A DNA stretch of 64,000 bases from assembly GCA_951406725.2 (NCBI GenBank), contig OX597825.1, positions 75,640,001-75,704,000 on the forward strand, in the 5' to 3' direction. This DNA comes from Octopus vulgaris. Taxonomy: Eukaryota. The notes under the pieces were generated by a model. The model was not told the DNA's origin, did no database searches, and saw nothing but the letters and a program-made list of their open reading frames with translations. Made by a program: the position numbers and the translations under genes. Shown piece after piece: positions 36,088-48,895 of this stretch; within the stretch, counting starts at the first letter, position 1; every line of letters starts with the position of its first letter.

Positions 36088-36495
36088 GAAATAAGATTAA
36101 GATTAATGTAAAAAATAAATATCACTGAAGCAAAATAACACCAAATATATAGTGTGTGTGTTTTTATTGGCTAAACTGGCAATATGACCATTCCGAAATA
36201 TAACAATATCTGTTTCAACACACGACTTCACATAAAAAATCTTGCACAACAAATATTTAAGCATAATTTAGTGTCTTACAAAATCACACACACGCACACA
36301 CACACACAAGATAGAGGACATAGTTTTTGAATTTATATTCCAAGCATAAATTGGCTGTTGAAATGGATGAAATATTGATCATAACACCTGATTCATAAAG
36401 GCAAAAACTGACAGTCTATCAATGTAAACATTTTCTGTTAATTTAAATATATAATAAAACTAATCTGCTTAAAATTTTCTTTTATAATCTTTCAG

Positions 36496-36589
36496 ATTGT
36501 CATGACAAGAATACTTACTGGTGAAGAATATGGTTGTGCTAACATAGACAAGACAAATTCTCCTGAATATTCTTGTAAACTCCTGAACA
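36496..36589 (+). CDS. Duplicate of the candidate host exon at 5330-5423
   Basis: Identical 94-nt exon and splice signals. Confidence 0.6.
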
Positions 36590-37135
36590 GTAAGATTTCA
36601 TTTAACAACTAAACCAAATTCATGTAGTCTCTCTAATGGGTACAGCTATTACAAGGGAGAAAATCATTTTGTAATAATTCAAAGCAGGCTTAGAAATTTG
36701 AAATTGAAATTAATGAAACTAAAAGAAATAGATGCATAGAATTCACATGTTTATTGTTTTGTTTACTTGATACAAATTTCTTAAAATTTTGAGTCATTTG
36801 GTAATCATGGATAGACTGTTTCGTTCCTTTGATAAATAATCTGTATGACATGATGCCACATGAAGAACTTGTGTGGGATTTTGTGTTAGTTTCTGTGTAA
36901 TCAATGAAAATAGTGAAGAAATAAAAGGGATCTTTTGTATGACTTTTCATAAATTAACACTTCAAATTAGAGGTTGAGAATCTTGCTAGTATTAGGGGTG
37001 AATTGTAAGTGCATGTGAACCTGTAGATCACATCTCTGCTGTAAAACTAAAAAGAAGCAATGAATGTTAAATTTTTTAAATTCATAAGTATATATCTTAA
37101 ATCACTGAATGGTCTTAGAGTGTATGTATATTTAT

Positions 37136-38435
37136 ATGATTTGATTTAATTTGATTTAATCTAGTTTCAGCTCATGAGCTGTGGCCATGCTGGGGCACTA
37201 CCATTTGGTGTTGCTACATAGTTACTTCACCAATGATTTTTAGGAATTGACTTTTGGTGCATGAGGGAGTTTGATGCTGCTGCCCTCATCTGCACCTCCT
37301 ACTGCAAAGTTGGCTAATCTGGGATACTTGACAGTAAGAGGTCTAGCTTTATTTTGAAGACACCTACATACACCCCATGCAGGTCTCTCAGGTCCTTTAG
37401 GAGGATTTTGAAGAGCTGTGGTCCTCTGAAGCCCAGGCTCTTGCAATATCTTGTCCTATATCTTGATGGCAAATTTGGAGTCCTTGGCACTATGCAATGG
37501 TGCCCAGTTCTAGTATTTGTGTAACTCACCATGCCAAATTTTGGGACAAGTCCCTCTAGGATCTTCCAGATGTATATGCTGGCATATCTTTCTCGCTTAT
37601 GCTCTAAGGAATAGAGTCTCTTGAGTCTTTCCAGTAGCTTATATGCTGCATAGAGTCTCTCTTCATGTAGCTTCATTGGATTGCCTCAAGTTCTGAGATT
37701 AATTTGGCACTGGTTGGTGACCATAGCTGAGAGCAATAGTCAAAGTGACTTAGGACAAGTGTCTTCCAGAAGACTATCATGATTTCCTGATCTCTTGTTC
37801 TACAAGTTCTAAGAATCCATCCGGTCAACTGCCTGCATTTCATTGTCAATTTAGCAGCATGCACATGGAAGAAAGCATCATTACTCATGTAAATATCCAG
37901 GTCTCGCATTGACTGTGCCTCTGGGATTGCAATCCCTCCAGGTCCAGTGTATTTAATGGGTATTGCATTTAGTTTTGCATGTTGATAGCACAAAGCTTGA
38001 AACTTTTCAGCATTAAACTGCATGCTATTCTTTTCAGCCCACTTGTATATTTCATCCTGCTCACATTGCAGGTGCATAGTGTCTTCAAGGTTCTGTATCA
38101 CTTGTGAAACTTTTGTATCATCTGCATAACTTGTGATCGTGGCTCTCTGTGTGGCTGAGGGTATGTCTGAGAGGGCCATTACGAACAGTAGTGATCCCAA
38201 ACGGTGCCTTGCGAAACACAGCTCACTATTTGCATGTTTTTGGAGGTGGCCCCATTGGCTATTACCACCTGACTTCTATCCTTCAGAAAGTCATAAAGCC
38301 ATTCTCCCAATTTTGCAGGTGGTTTCCACCCTGTTTCATGTTTGTGTGGCGAGGTCTTTGGTGTGCAAAATGGCAGCTTGCACCTCCCTCTCCATGCCAG
38401 CAGTCACCTTTAAGTAGAATTTGCACGTTCGTGTG
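37136..38435 (-). mobile_element. Internally deleted family-B LINE (copy 2)
   Basis: Duplicate of 5968-7267. Confidence 0.88.
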
Positions 38436-38437
38436 TA

Positions 38438-39689
38438 GCGAACCAGATGGCTGCACCAGGCTCCAATCTTGATCTGGCAGAGTTTCTACAGCTGGATGCC
38501 CTTCTTAACGCCAACCACTCTGAGAGTGTAGTGGATACTTTTACGTGCCACCGGCATGAGGGCCAGTCAAGCAGTACAGGCAACAGCCATGCTCAAATGG
38601 TGTTTTACATGTCACCTGCACAGGAGCCAGTCCAGTGGCACTGGCAACATCCTTGTTCGAATGTTGTTTTTCATGTACCACCGGCACAATTGCCAGTATG
38701 GCGATGCTGGTAACGATCACACTTGAATTGTGCTTTTTACATGTCACCAGCATGGGGGCCAGTCAGCGGCCATGCCAACGATCATGTTTGGATGGTGCTC
38801 TAAGTGCTCCACTAGCATGGATGCCAGTCATGCAGTGCTGTCATTGGAATTGATTTCGATTTCACTTGCCTCAACAGGTCTTCGCAGGCAGAGTTTAGTG
38901 TCCAATGAAAGAAAGGTATGCCTAAGTGGGCTGGTTACACCACTTGCATAGACCACGGGTTATGGTCTCACTTGGCTTGTTGGGTCTTCTCAAGCACAGC
39001 ACAATTCCAAAGGTCTCAGTCACCAGTCATTGCCTTGGTGAGGCCCAATGTTCGAAGGTCTTGCTTCACCACCCCATCCCAGATTTTCCTGGGTCCACCT
39101 CTTCCACAGTTTCCCTCAACCACTAGGGTGTGAACTTCTTCACACAGCTATCCTCATCCATTCACACCGCTCTACCATACCAGTGCAGTCGTCTCACTTG
39201 CACACCACATCTGATGCCTCCTAGGTCCAACCCTTTTCCCAAAGCTCCCACACTCTGTCGAGTATGCACACTGACATTACACATCCAGTGGAGAACACTG
39301 GTGTCATTCCTTGCAAGCCTACGCATGCCCTCGGCAGTCACAGCCTATGTTTCACTGACATGCAGCATGGCTGCTCACACATGTGTCACACAGTCTACCC
39401 TTCACTCTGAGCGAGAGACACCTTGTCACCAGCAGAGGCATGAGCTCTCCGAACCTTGCCCAGGCTATTCTTATTCTAGCAGCCACACTTTCAGAGCACC
39501 CACCCCCCGCCACCAACTTGGTCACCCAGGTAATGGAAGCCATCAACTACTTCTAGGTTTTCTCCTTGGAATGTGGCAGGAGTTGTTCTCTGCACATTTT
39601 CAGTGTTTATTGCTCCTGAGCATCTTCCACAGCTTAAACCAGTGACTCCCAGTCTGGAATTCACAGATTCCTGGGTGTCTGTGAAGGTA
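38438..39689 (-). mobile_element. RTE LINE 3' fragment (copy 2)
   Basis: Duplicate of 7270-8520. Confidence 0.8.
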
Positions 39690-40936
39690 ATACTGGGAAT
39701 CTATATGATGAGTCCAAAATGTATATATCTGAAACGTTATACACATCATGTATAAGATCAACTTTGGCAAAGTCACATCACACAACAAAAGTGTGATGTG
39801 ACCTTGTGTGTGAGTTTGATTCTGAACTTTAATAATCATATTAGCACAAGGATCAATGGTATAACAACCATTGAAACTGTTGCTATGAATACTCTATATT
39901 GTGATTATGGTATAGGACTATTCATCATGAGCGTGCTCAATGAGAAACTATGATTACCAGTGACATTAATGCAAAGGGCCACAAGAGAATAAGATATAAT
40001 AAGATATGACCAACATTAAATTAAAGATCATATTTGATTACAACAATATTCAGTGGATTGACACCTAATGGGTTCATGTTGATTTCTAAGATGAAATATT
40101 GATATATCTTAAACTGAATCCACAAAATATTTCATGTTTGGAAACTTCACAGCAATGTCAACATGGAGCCCTAGTTTAAGACAGGTATCTAAAGGGAAAC
40201 TACCAATAATATTTACTGATGATGGTGGGTGAAAGCAGAATGTCCCTTCAACTGTGGAGGGCTTCTATACCAAAGGAACTGAAAGACCACATTTCTGAAC
40301 CCATTCTTGATCATTTTATATATTTTTATATATATCTATACATATAAATTTGACATGGGTGATTCTTTCTTGTCTTGGTATTCATGGTCAAACAGCTGAG
40401 TGGAATTGCATGAAAAATTACACCGATGTGTAGAATGATCCGGTGGTGTTGCTGGGCTTTGTATTTTTTCATAGCTCCCATGGTTATCGAGATAATCTAC
40501 TATAATAATACTCTTGTGTTTACGAATGAGAAAGGAAGGGGTAATAGATGAATAACGAAGGAAGGGGTGATGTCATACTTGGTAGTGGGATGATGAAAAT
40601 TGTACGCTAAAAAACTAAATCAAACAGCGTTTCAGCTCTGTGAATATATGTGTGTGTATGTAAAAGGATGGGGTATGTGAATGTGTGTGTGTGCACGCGC
40701 AATGGAAGTGGGATGGTTCATCTTTGTTCGCTTAGTATTGGGTTTATTTTTTGATTTGGTTGAATCTTGATTGGGTTATCCTTTTGTTGGCCAGTTATTT
40801 TTAGTGTTTTGACAGAAAAGTCATTCTAAAATTGTTTTTTAATTTAAGCATGTCCAAACAAGTCAAATGCTTACACAGAACAGGTTTTATAGCCACATCA
40901 TCCAAACCAACTGGGTGAAACTGGGCTTAGCTGCTA

Positions 40937-40970
<34 letters not shown>

Positions 40971-43900
40971 ATATGTAACGTAATAGTGTAGAAAAAATAC
41001 CATTGGTTTCATATCCAGTGTGAACTAGATATCTCTTCAGTTTCTCTAAATGATAACCATTCTCAGCAAAGAATTTTTTTTTAAACACAAGAACACTGGT
41101 GATAGTTCAAGAAATATTCCTCTTAAAAAATTATGGCTGGGCAAGTTGTCTTCTTTTGCTTGATAGCTGGGTTTTCCAATTTTGAAGTAAAATTTTCTGA
41201 AAATGTGGACAACTCCTCACAGCTTCTGTTCTGGTGTTCAGGTAGCCTCTTGACTCATGTGAGTTCATGAGGATTATATATCTTTCTGCCTTTAGGCACT
41301 ATATGTGTCCTTTAGGCACTATATGTATTCTGTGAGTGTTGTTGAGTTGCATCTTTTCGGGACCCTGTTAAATCATTACAACATACTACCACATCATTAC
41401 TTCTACGACAGTGCCACATCTGTACTCCTTACCACACTGTTACATCATTACTTCTTACCACACTGCCACATCATTACTCCTTACCACACTACCACATCTG
41501 TACTTCTTACTACACTGCCACATTGTTAATTCTTACCACATCTCCACATCATTAATTTTACTATGCTGACACATCATTACTTCTTGCAACATGACTTTTC
41601 TTACCACACCTCAGCATCATTACTTCTTACCACACTGGTACATCATTAATTCTTACCACACTGCCACATTGTTAATTCTTTCCACACTGCCACATCACTG
41701 CTTCTTACCACACTGAAACATCATTACTTCTTACCTGGTACAAAGGATATGAATGACATAGAATGACATAGGAAAGAATCAAGGGACAGATAATTCAAGC
41801 CAAACCATTCTTTATGAGATCTGGGGATAGACCAAAATCAAGATGACTGGATAATATCCATATCTCAGTTGGTCATACTTGGGAATCCAGCCAGAATATC
41901 TAATGATGGCTGCTTCTGATAGGACCCTATGAAGAAAGTGCTTGAAGGCTCCACTCCCACAACCTTTCTAGTATTAGTGGGTTGAGGAAACGGATGGATG
42001 GATGGACAGTTTAGACATTCTTAAATCTAATAAAGGATTGCAGCTTTTACTCTATAATGTTTTTTTCCTTTGAGCATCGACCTAATAATATCAACTGTGA
42101 AACTCCATTGGACTTTTGTTGTTATTTGCATTTGTTTTATTTTACACACACACATACATGCATGCACCACACACACACATGTGTGTGTTGTTTTACACAT
42201 ACATATATGTACATATGTATACAGAGAAGCAGGTCTGGTTGGGTGGTAAGAAGCTTGCTTTCCAATTGCATAATTCAAGGTTCAGTTCCACTGTGTGGCA
42301 CTTTAGGCAAAAGCTGTCTCTAATTTAATCTATTTTGTCTTTTTCTACAGTTAGTTCCTTCTTCAAACTTACCATTTTCTGCTGCATTTCTTCTTTCATC
42401 TCTTTTTGTTTGGCACTAAGTTTCTCAGCAAGTTTTTTTTCTTTCTTGTTTCTCCTTCCCTTTAAAGTCCTCTTGGGGCTTTTCAAGAAGTTTTTCATGT
42501 TCTGACTCAATTTCTTTGGTTTCTGCTTAATGTCTCTCTTTGAGACTTTTGTGACATTGCTTAAAAATATCTTCAAACTCATAGTTAAAATGTTCAACAG
42601 CAATTTGTGTATTTTAGACGTTTTTATTTTCTCAGTTTCAATCATGCTATTTTCATCATGCAAACTTTTTTGAGAATTTAGTGATTGCATCAACTCCTTT
42701 TAATTTAAAATCTGCAAAATCTGTCTTCTGCTATAGCCTTGGGCCGACCAAAACCTTGTGATTGGATTTGGTTGCCGGAACTGAAAGAAGCCCATCGTAT
42801 ATATGTATATATGTGTATGTGTGTGTGTGTGTGTTTGTGTGTCTGTGTTTGTCCCCCTAGCATTGCTTGACAACCGATGTGTTTATGTCCCCCGTTACTT
42901 AGCAGATCGGCAAAAGAGACTGATAGAATAAGTACTGGGCTTACAAAAAAACAAAAGAATAAGTCCCGGGGTCGAGTTGCTCGATTAAAGGTGATGCTCC
43001 AGCATGGCCGCAGTCAAATGACTGAAACAAGTAAAAGAGTAAAAGAGTAAGAGAGTATAATTTTTTCTATCTTTTTCATAATTCTTTTGGATTGAATCAT
43101 ATTGTGACTTGTAAGTGGTGTTCACAATTTTATCTCTGTTTTATTTTCTAAGACTGCACAGGCTTTGTTTTCTGGTTCGGCATAGGCTTTGTATTCTTGT
43201 TCTGTGTTGACTGTTTTGGTATGTGATTGTTTTTGTATGGCAAAATTTTTGGAAATGGTTAGTCCGTAGCATTTTCTGCATTCTCTGTTAAATGCATAAC
43301 AGTCTTCCTTTCTTTTTCCGTGAAATTTCCTGCATCTTCCACATTGGTTATTATTTTTCGTCATTACTTCGTAACAGGTACTTGTTTTCTTTTCACTGAT
43401 ATCTTTGTAGTGTGTACTGTGCATTATTGTATCTTCATATGTCGTTATGCTTTTAATAACTACATCTAGTGCAAGGTTTGGTTTGTTTCTAATGTTCCAT
43501 TTTTCATCAGCCCACTTTAATCCTTTTATTATTTGTTCAAGTATTCTTTCATCCTTGTTTATATCAAAGTCTCACCTTTTGGTTTTTGTTTTTAACATGT
43601 TTAAATATTTGTCAATTGTGCTGTCATTTTACTGCAACAATGAAAATTCTAGCTGTTTCAACCCTTGGTTTCTGTATCAAATGAGCCTTGAAAATTGTAA
43701 AGAAATTTGCCAAAGATTCTTTGTCTTTGGTTGTAATATTGGCATTGTTCATTAACTCCTGACCCTTTGGTCCTGTGCTGAGCAAAGTGTAATTTTGTTT
43801 CAATGTCTCCTCTACTTTGTTTATAATGAAATATGAGTTCATAAAATCAACCCATTCATTGTATGCTTCACATTTGTTCTCATTTGACCAATCTAAAATT

Positions 43901-44846
43901 GGTAATGGGATAGTTGATGCCACAATTTTTTTATAGCCCACCAGGTGAATCAGACTTGCTTATATATTGTAGAGGCAGAAAGAGATAAAAAAAAAATGTT
44001 TATGTTATTTTCTCTTTGCGACTGGCTTTCATTCACTATTTTCTCCTTTTAGTGCGACTGGCATATCATTCTACTGCTCACTGCCACCATGTCATGTTAT
44101 ATTTTAGCAATAATAACTCAAGCAGCAGATGTTACATGTGGAAGCTTTTATTTACATCTTGTAACTAACAGGCAAATGTATGCACAGTTAAGGGTACTTA
44201 ACTGGTGTGATATCTTGTAAGATCTCCCCATACAGTTGAGGAAGTCTGTTGTCAGCACATTTTTAGTGCTTATTGTACCTGTGCACTTTCCACACACAGA
44301 GCTTGCACTGGATGTACGATATGGAGTTTCTACCAACACCTTTCTTACATATGGTTTGATTAGGGTATAATCAATTTGGCGAGGAAACTAAAGAGAAAAT
44401 ATTACGACGATGACCACCACAGATCTACAATGGAAGAATTCACCAGGTGTAGTTGAGGGTAAAAGAAATCGTTGAACGACAGTAAGTACGTCCAAAATTT
44501 ATAAAGCAGTGACATACATACATACATATATACTTGTAGCACTCATGTATATACGTGCAGAGTGAAAATAAATCACACTATTTAATGTGACGGACTACAC
44601 TGCAAAAAAATCAAAAATTTCATTTCTGTTTACAAACTTTCTCCGTGTCTATACGCACAAATACTTTTATGTATACACACGCAATATTTAAGAAAAAAAG
44701 GAATATACACAAAAAAGAACGAAACATGTGTATATACACACACAATATTTAAGAACAAGGAATATACACAAAAAAGAACGAATCAAAAACAAATATTTTA
44801 TATTTTACTTTTATCGTATTGTTGTTTACATTTTCTGTCTCTACGG

Positions 44847-45202
44847 ATGACCAGAAGCAACAGAATCGCCATGGTGAAATCCATAGCGGCGTGCGATAAG
44901 ACTGGTCGCTGCTCTAAAATAGAACACTGCCCAGAAAATCACACCTGCCACATCTGTACGGAACCCGAAAATACGTTCCGTAATCGCTGGGTCGAATGTG
45001 GGACATGTCTCATCTCTGTCTGCCTCCAATGCGCCACGGACTTTCAGAAGATCCCAGGCCAAAAAAAGAGCCATCATAATGCTATGATGGATAGACTCTG
45101 GAAGATGGTTCAGCTTAAATCTTGGACTTTTCAGTGTCAGGCCTGCGTACCTCCACAACCGACGATTGTGTCTCCCCCTGCCACTCCCGTGGAGGAGGCG
45201 GA

Positions 45203-45233
<31 letters not shown>

Positions 45234-46073
45234 AATCAACCACAACCAGAGCAGCAGCAACAACAACAACAGCAGCAACAACTAGAGCAGCAGCAGCAGC
45301 AACAACAAAATCAACCACAACCAGAGCAGCAGCAACAACAAAATCAACCACAACCAGAGCAGCAGCAACAACAACATCAACAACAACAACAGCAACAACA
45401 AAATCAACCACAACCAGAGCAACAGCAGCAACAACAACAACACCAATTGACCAGTGCGGTTCTTGCAGAACTGCAACAATCGATCTGTGCTTTAAAAGGG
45501 GAAGTAGCAGGAATAAAAGCAACCATTCAGGTTGGACTCCACAATGAGGGGTCTTATCGGAATGCTCTGCTAAAGAACCTCCCTGTACCTGTACCTCTTG
45601 TCGCATTTAAGACCGCGGATTCTGCCACCCATGAAGTCATTGCCATTGGGGTGCCAGAAGACATGGCTGATCTTCAGGCTTTTGCTGCCAACTCAGCCAA
45701 AGACCTAGGCTGCGTTCCCCCAACGGGTGCTATCCGCCTTGGACGACCTGGCCCAAAACCTAGGCTCATCAAGTTGTCTTTTACGGACCACACTGAGGCA
45801 ACCTCTTACCATCTGGCCTCAGTTAAAGCTGGGCGTGAAAATCGGACCACCTTCCGAACACGCCCAGGCTTACCGTCCGATGTACGTCCGAAGCTACGTG
45901 TAGTGGCTTCCCTGAATAGGAACTCAGCTCTACAGGAAAGCTTCAGTCTTCGGGAAGATGAACAAATCTGGAGATTTGTCAAGACTGCTGAAACGTGGAA
46001 GAGAGATACCAGCTGGTCTGAGTGCTCTCTACCCACAATAACTAAAAAGACTACAGCAACTCAGGGAAACTAA
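44847..46073 (+). CDS. LINE ORF1, intact, 408 aa: PHD-like Zn finger, polyQ/QNQPQPE repeats, coiled coil
   Basis: CHIC..WVECGTC..CLQC..FQCQAC; IRLG...RLIKL motif typical of LINE ORF1. Confidence 0.88.
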
Positions 46074-48895
46074 GCCAGAACAACCTGCCATCCTCTACAC
46101 ACCATCATAAACTGCGAGCAGGGTACAAATTGTTGTCCTTAAATGCTCGCAGTTTATGCAACAAAATACATTTGTTCAACGCCTACGTCAGAAGTGTTGA
46201 CCCTGACTTCATCACTGTCACGGAAACATGGGCGCATTCCTTACTCTGTGATGGGGTTTTCAACATTACGGGGTACAACCTCTTCCGTAAGGACCGCACT
46301 AACCGCCGTGGTGGTGGTGTGATGGTCTACGTTCGTTCAAATTTTTTGGTAATTCCTTGTGCCGATTTGAACGAATCACAAGAAGAAGTTTTTTTCTGTG
46401 ACGTGCGTATGACCATGTCAACACTCCTGCTTGGCGTTGTTTATCGTCCCCCAAGTTACCATCGGGACACACAGCTTTGCAATGTCCTCCGAGCTGCTGC
46501 CAGGAAAACAGCCACTTATGTGTTTATTGCAGGCGATTTCAATCATCCTGAGATCGATTGGGAGACCTTCCATTGGCCACAGAGTGCAAACGATTTTGTT
46601 GAGCTTGTGCTGGACTCAAACTGGTCACAAGTAGTCACCTCTCCAACAAGAGGCGACAACACCTTGGACCTGCTCTTCACCACAACTCCTGAAGCGGTTA
46701 TCAATTGCACTACGGAGGAACCTCTAGGTGACTCTGATCATGCTATGATCATCGCCAATCTGGCTCTTGCGAGCAACAAAAACCTGAACCATCTCCAATC
46801 TGCTTCCTTCGATTGGAAGAGAGCAGATTGGAACCTGTACCACACTGAACTACAGCACCCAAAGTGGCGTGAATTCTACAACTCTGGAGATGTGAATACT
46901 ATACTCCAGAGTATCCTGGACTCAATATGGGCAGCATGTGCAGCATCAGTGCCACGTAAACAAAAAAAGAAGAACCGCCCCAAAAGGGCAATTTGGGAAA
47001 CTTCAGCGGTCCGACTTGCCAGGAGGGAACGTCGGACTGCTGAACGGGAATACAGGTTGCATAAATCAGACACCAACAGGAAGAAGCGGAATAAATCCTC
47101 CAACCATCTCAAGCAAGTGACAAAAAAAGCAGTGCTTGAATTTGAACAGTGCATAGCAGCCAATCCTGACAGTAAGGTTTTCTGGAAATATGTGCACTCA
47201 AAGCAGAGACCTCACTCTCCAGTGGGCCCTCTTCGCAACCCTCACACAAACCAGATCACTGACGACCCCAAGGAATGCGCAGAACTCATTGCCGAGTGCT
47301 ATGCAAACATATTCACTGTTGAAAGTCAAGATGTACCATCTTCACCATCACTAACAGCAAACTCCATAACAACTATGGAATTTACACCTGCAATGCTGCG
47401 ACGTCACCTTCAAAATAAGCGCAACTATGCCTCCCCTGGTCTCGATGGAGTTACATACCTGCTTCTCAAACGTGGCAGGCACTTCCTTTTACACCAGCTT
47501 TCTATTTTCTTCCATTACTGTCTCAACAATGGTGCTACTCCGGAGCAGTGGAAAACTGCCAGTGTCATTCCTCTGTTCAAAAAGGGCGACCGCACATCAC
47601 CTGTCAACTATCGCCCAGTCAGTCTCACTAGCTGTATTGCAAAACTGATGGAATCGTGTGTCAGAGAAACACTCTGGAACTTCTGGAGCTCTCACAGTCT
47701 CATCCGACCCTCACAATATGGATTTGTCCCTAACTCCAGCTGCAGTGACCAGCTTGTCGAGTTCCTTGAGGACATTACTCAGATTACTGACAGTGGCTCA
47801 TGGGTGGATGTTGTCTACCTTGACTTTGCTTAGGCTTTCAACTCTGTGCCACACAAAAGGCTTATGGTGAAACTCTCTGCAATGGGTGTGGGGGATGACC
47901 TTTTTAAATGGTTGAAATCCTTCATCCTCAGCCGAAAGGAGGTTGTCACAGTTCTAGGACAGCACTCTACACCATATGAGATGTCATCGGGTGTACCACA
48001 GGGATCTGTCCTTGGTCCCCTCTTGTTTGTGGCATACATTAACGACATAGATGCCAATTTAAAGAATGCCACAGTATTGAAATATGCAGACGACATCAAG
48101 CTGTACCTTGAAATCAAGAGGACAGATCCTGATGTCTACAACTCTTTCCTGCAATCAGACCTAGACACAATGCAGCAATGGATCACAGACTGGCAACTGA
48201 AACTGGCTGTGGACAAGTGTACCACCATGCATTTTGGGAGAAAAAACCCTGCGTTCACATACTCCCTCCACAACACTGATATCAAGAAATCCTCTTGCGA
48301 GCGTGACCTAGGCATCACTGTCAGCAGTGATTTGCGTTGGACAAAGCATATCTCTAAGATTGTCAGGAAGGCCGAGGGTGTCTTGGCATCACTCAGCAGG
48401 TCTTTTGTTAGCCGCTCTCCAGCCATCTATTTAAAACTGTATACAGCTATGGTACGACCACACTTGGAATTTGCATCATCAGTTTGGAACCCCTATCTTG
48501 CACAGAACATTGACCTCCTGGAATCTGTCCAGAGACGTGCAACCAAACGCATACCCTCCATCAGACACCTACCATATTCTGAGCGCCTTGTTTCCCTGGG
48601 CATGGATTCACTGAAGCTCCGGCGTCTGGCGACGGACTTGGTAAACACCCACAAAGTTATCAACCACCTCACCAACAACAACACTGAACACCTTTTTGAT
48701 CTCCATGTGTCTAACACACGTGGACATGCCTACAAAGTCAGAAAACAATACAGCTCTCATGACTTTCGGAAACATTTTTTCACGCTCAGAGTTGCTGAAG
48801 CATGGAATAAACTGCCTGCGTCAGTTGTTGACTGCCATGACACTGCATCTTTTAAGGCCCTCATGCTTTCCGAAATCCGCCGAAACTACACCTGA
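46046..48895 (+). pseudogene. LINE ORF2 (APE-RT) with nonsense AAG>TAG at 47831-47833
   Basis: YLDFA*AF instead of YLDFAKAF; the rest stays in frame. Confidence 0.9.

Larger units (their letters stand above)
29912..36206 (-). mobile_element. Penelope-like element, copy 2, with both ends visible: inverted arms 29912-31466 and 34035-36206
   Basis: Both arms end at the same 3' sequence (..GAAATATAACAA / TTGTTATATTTT..); the RT ORF lies between them. Confidence 0.93.
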
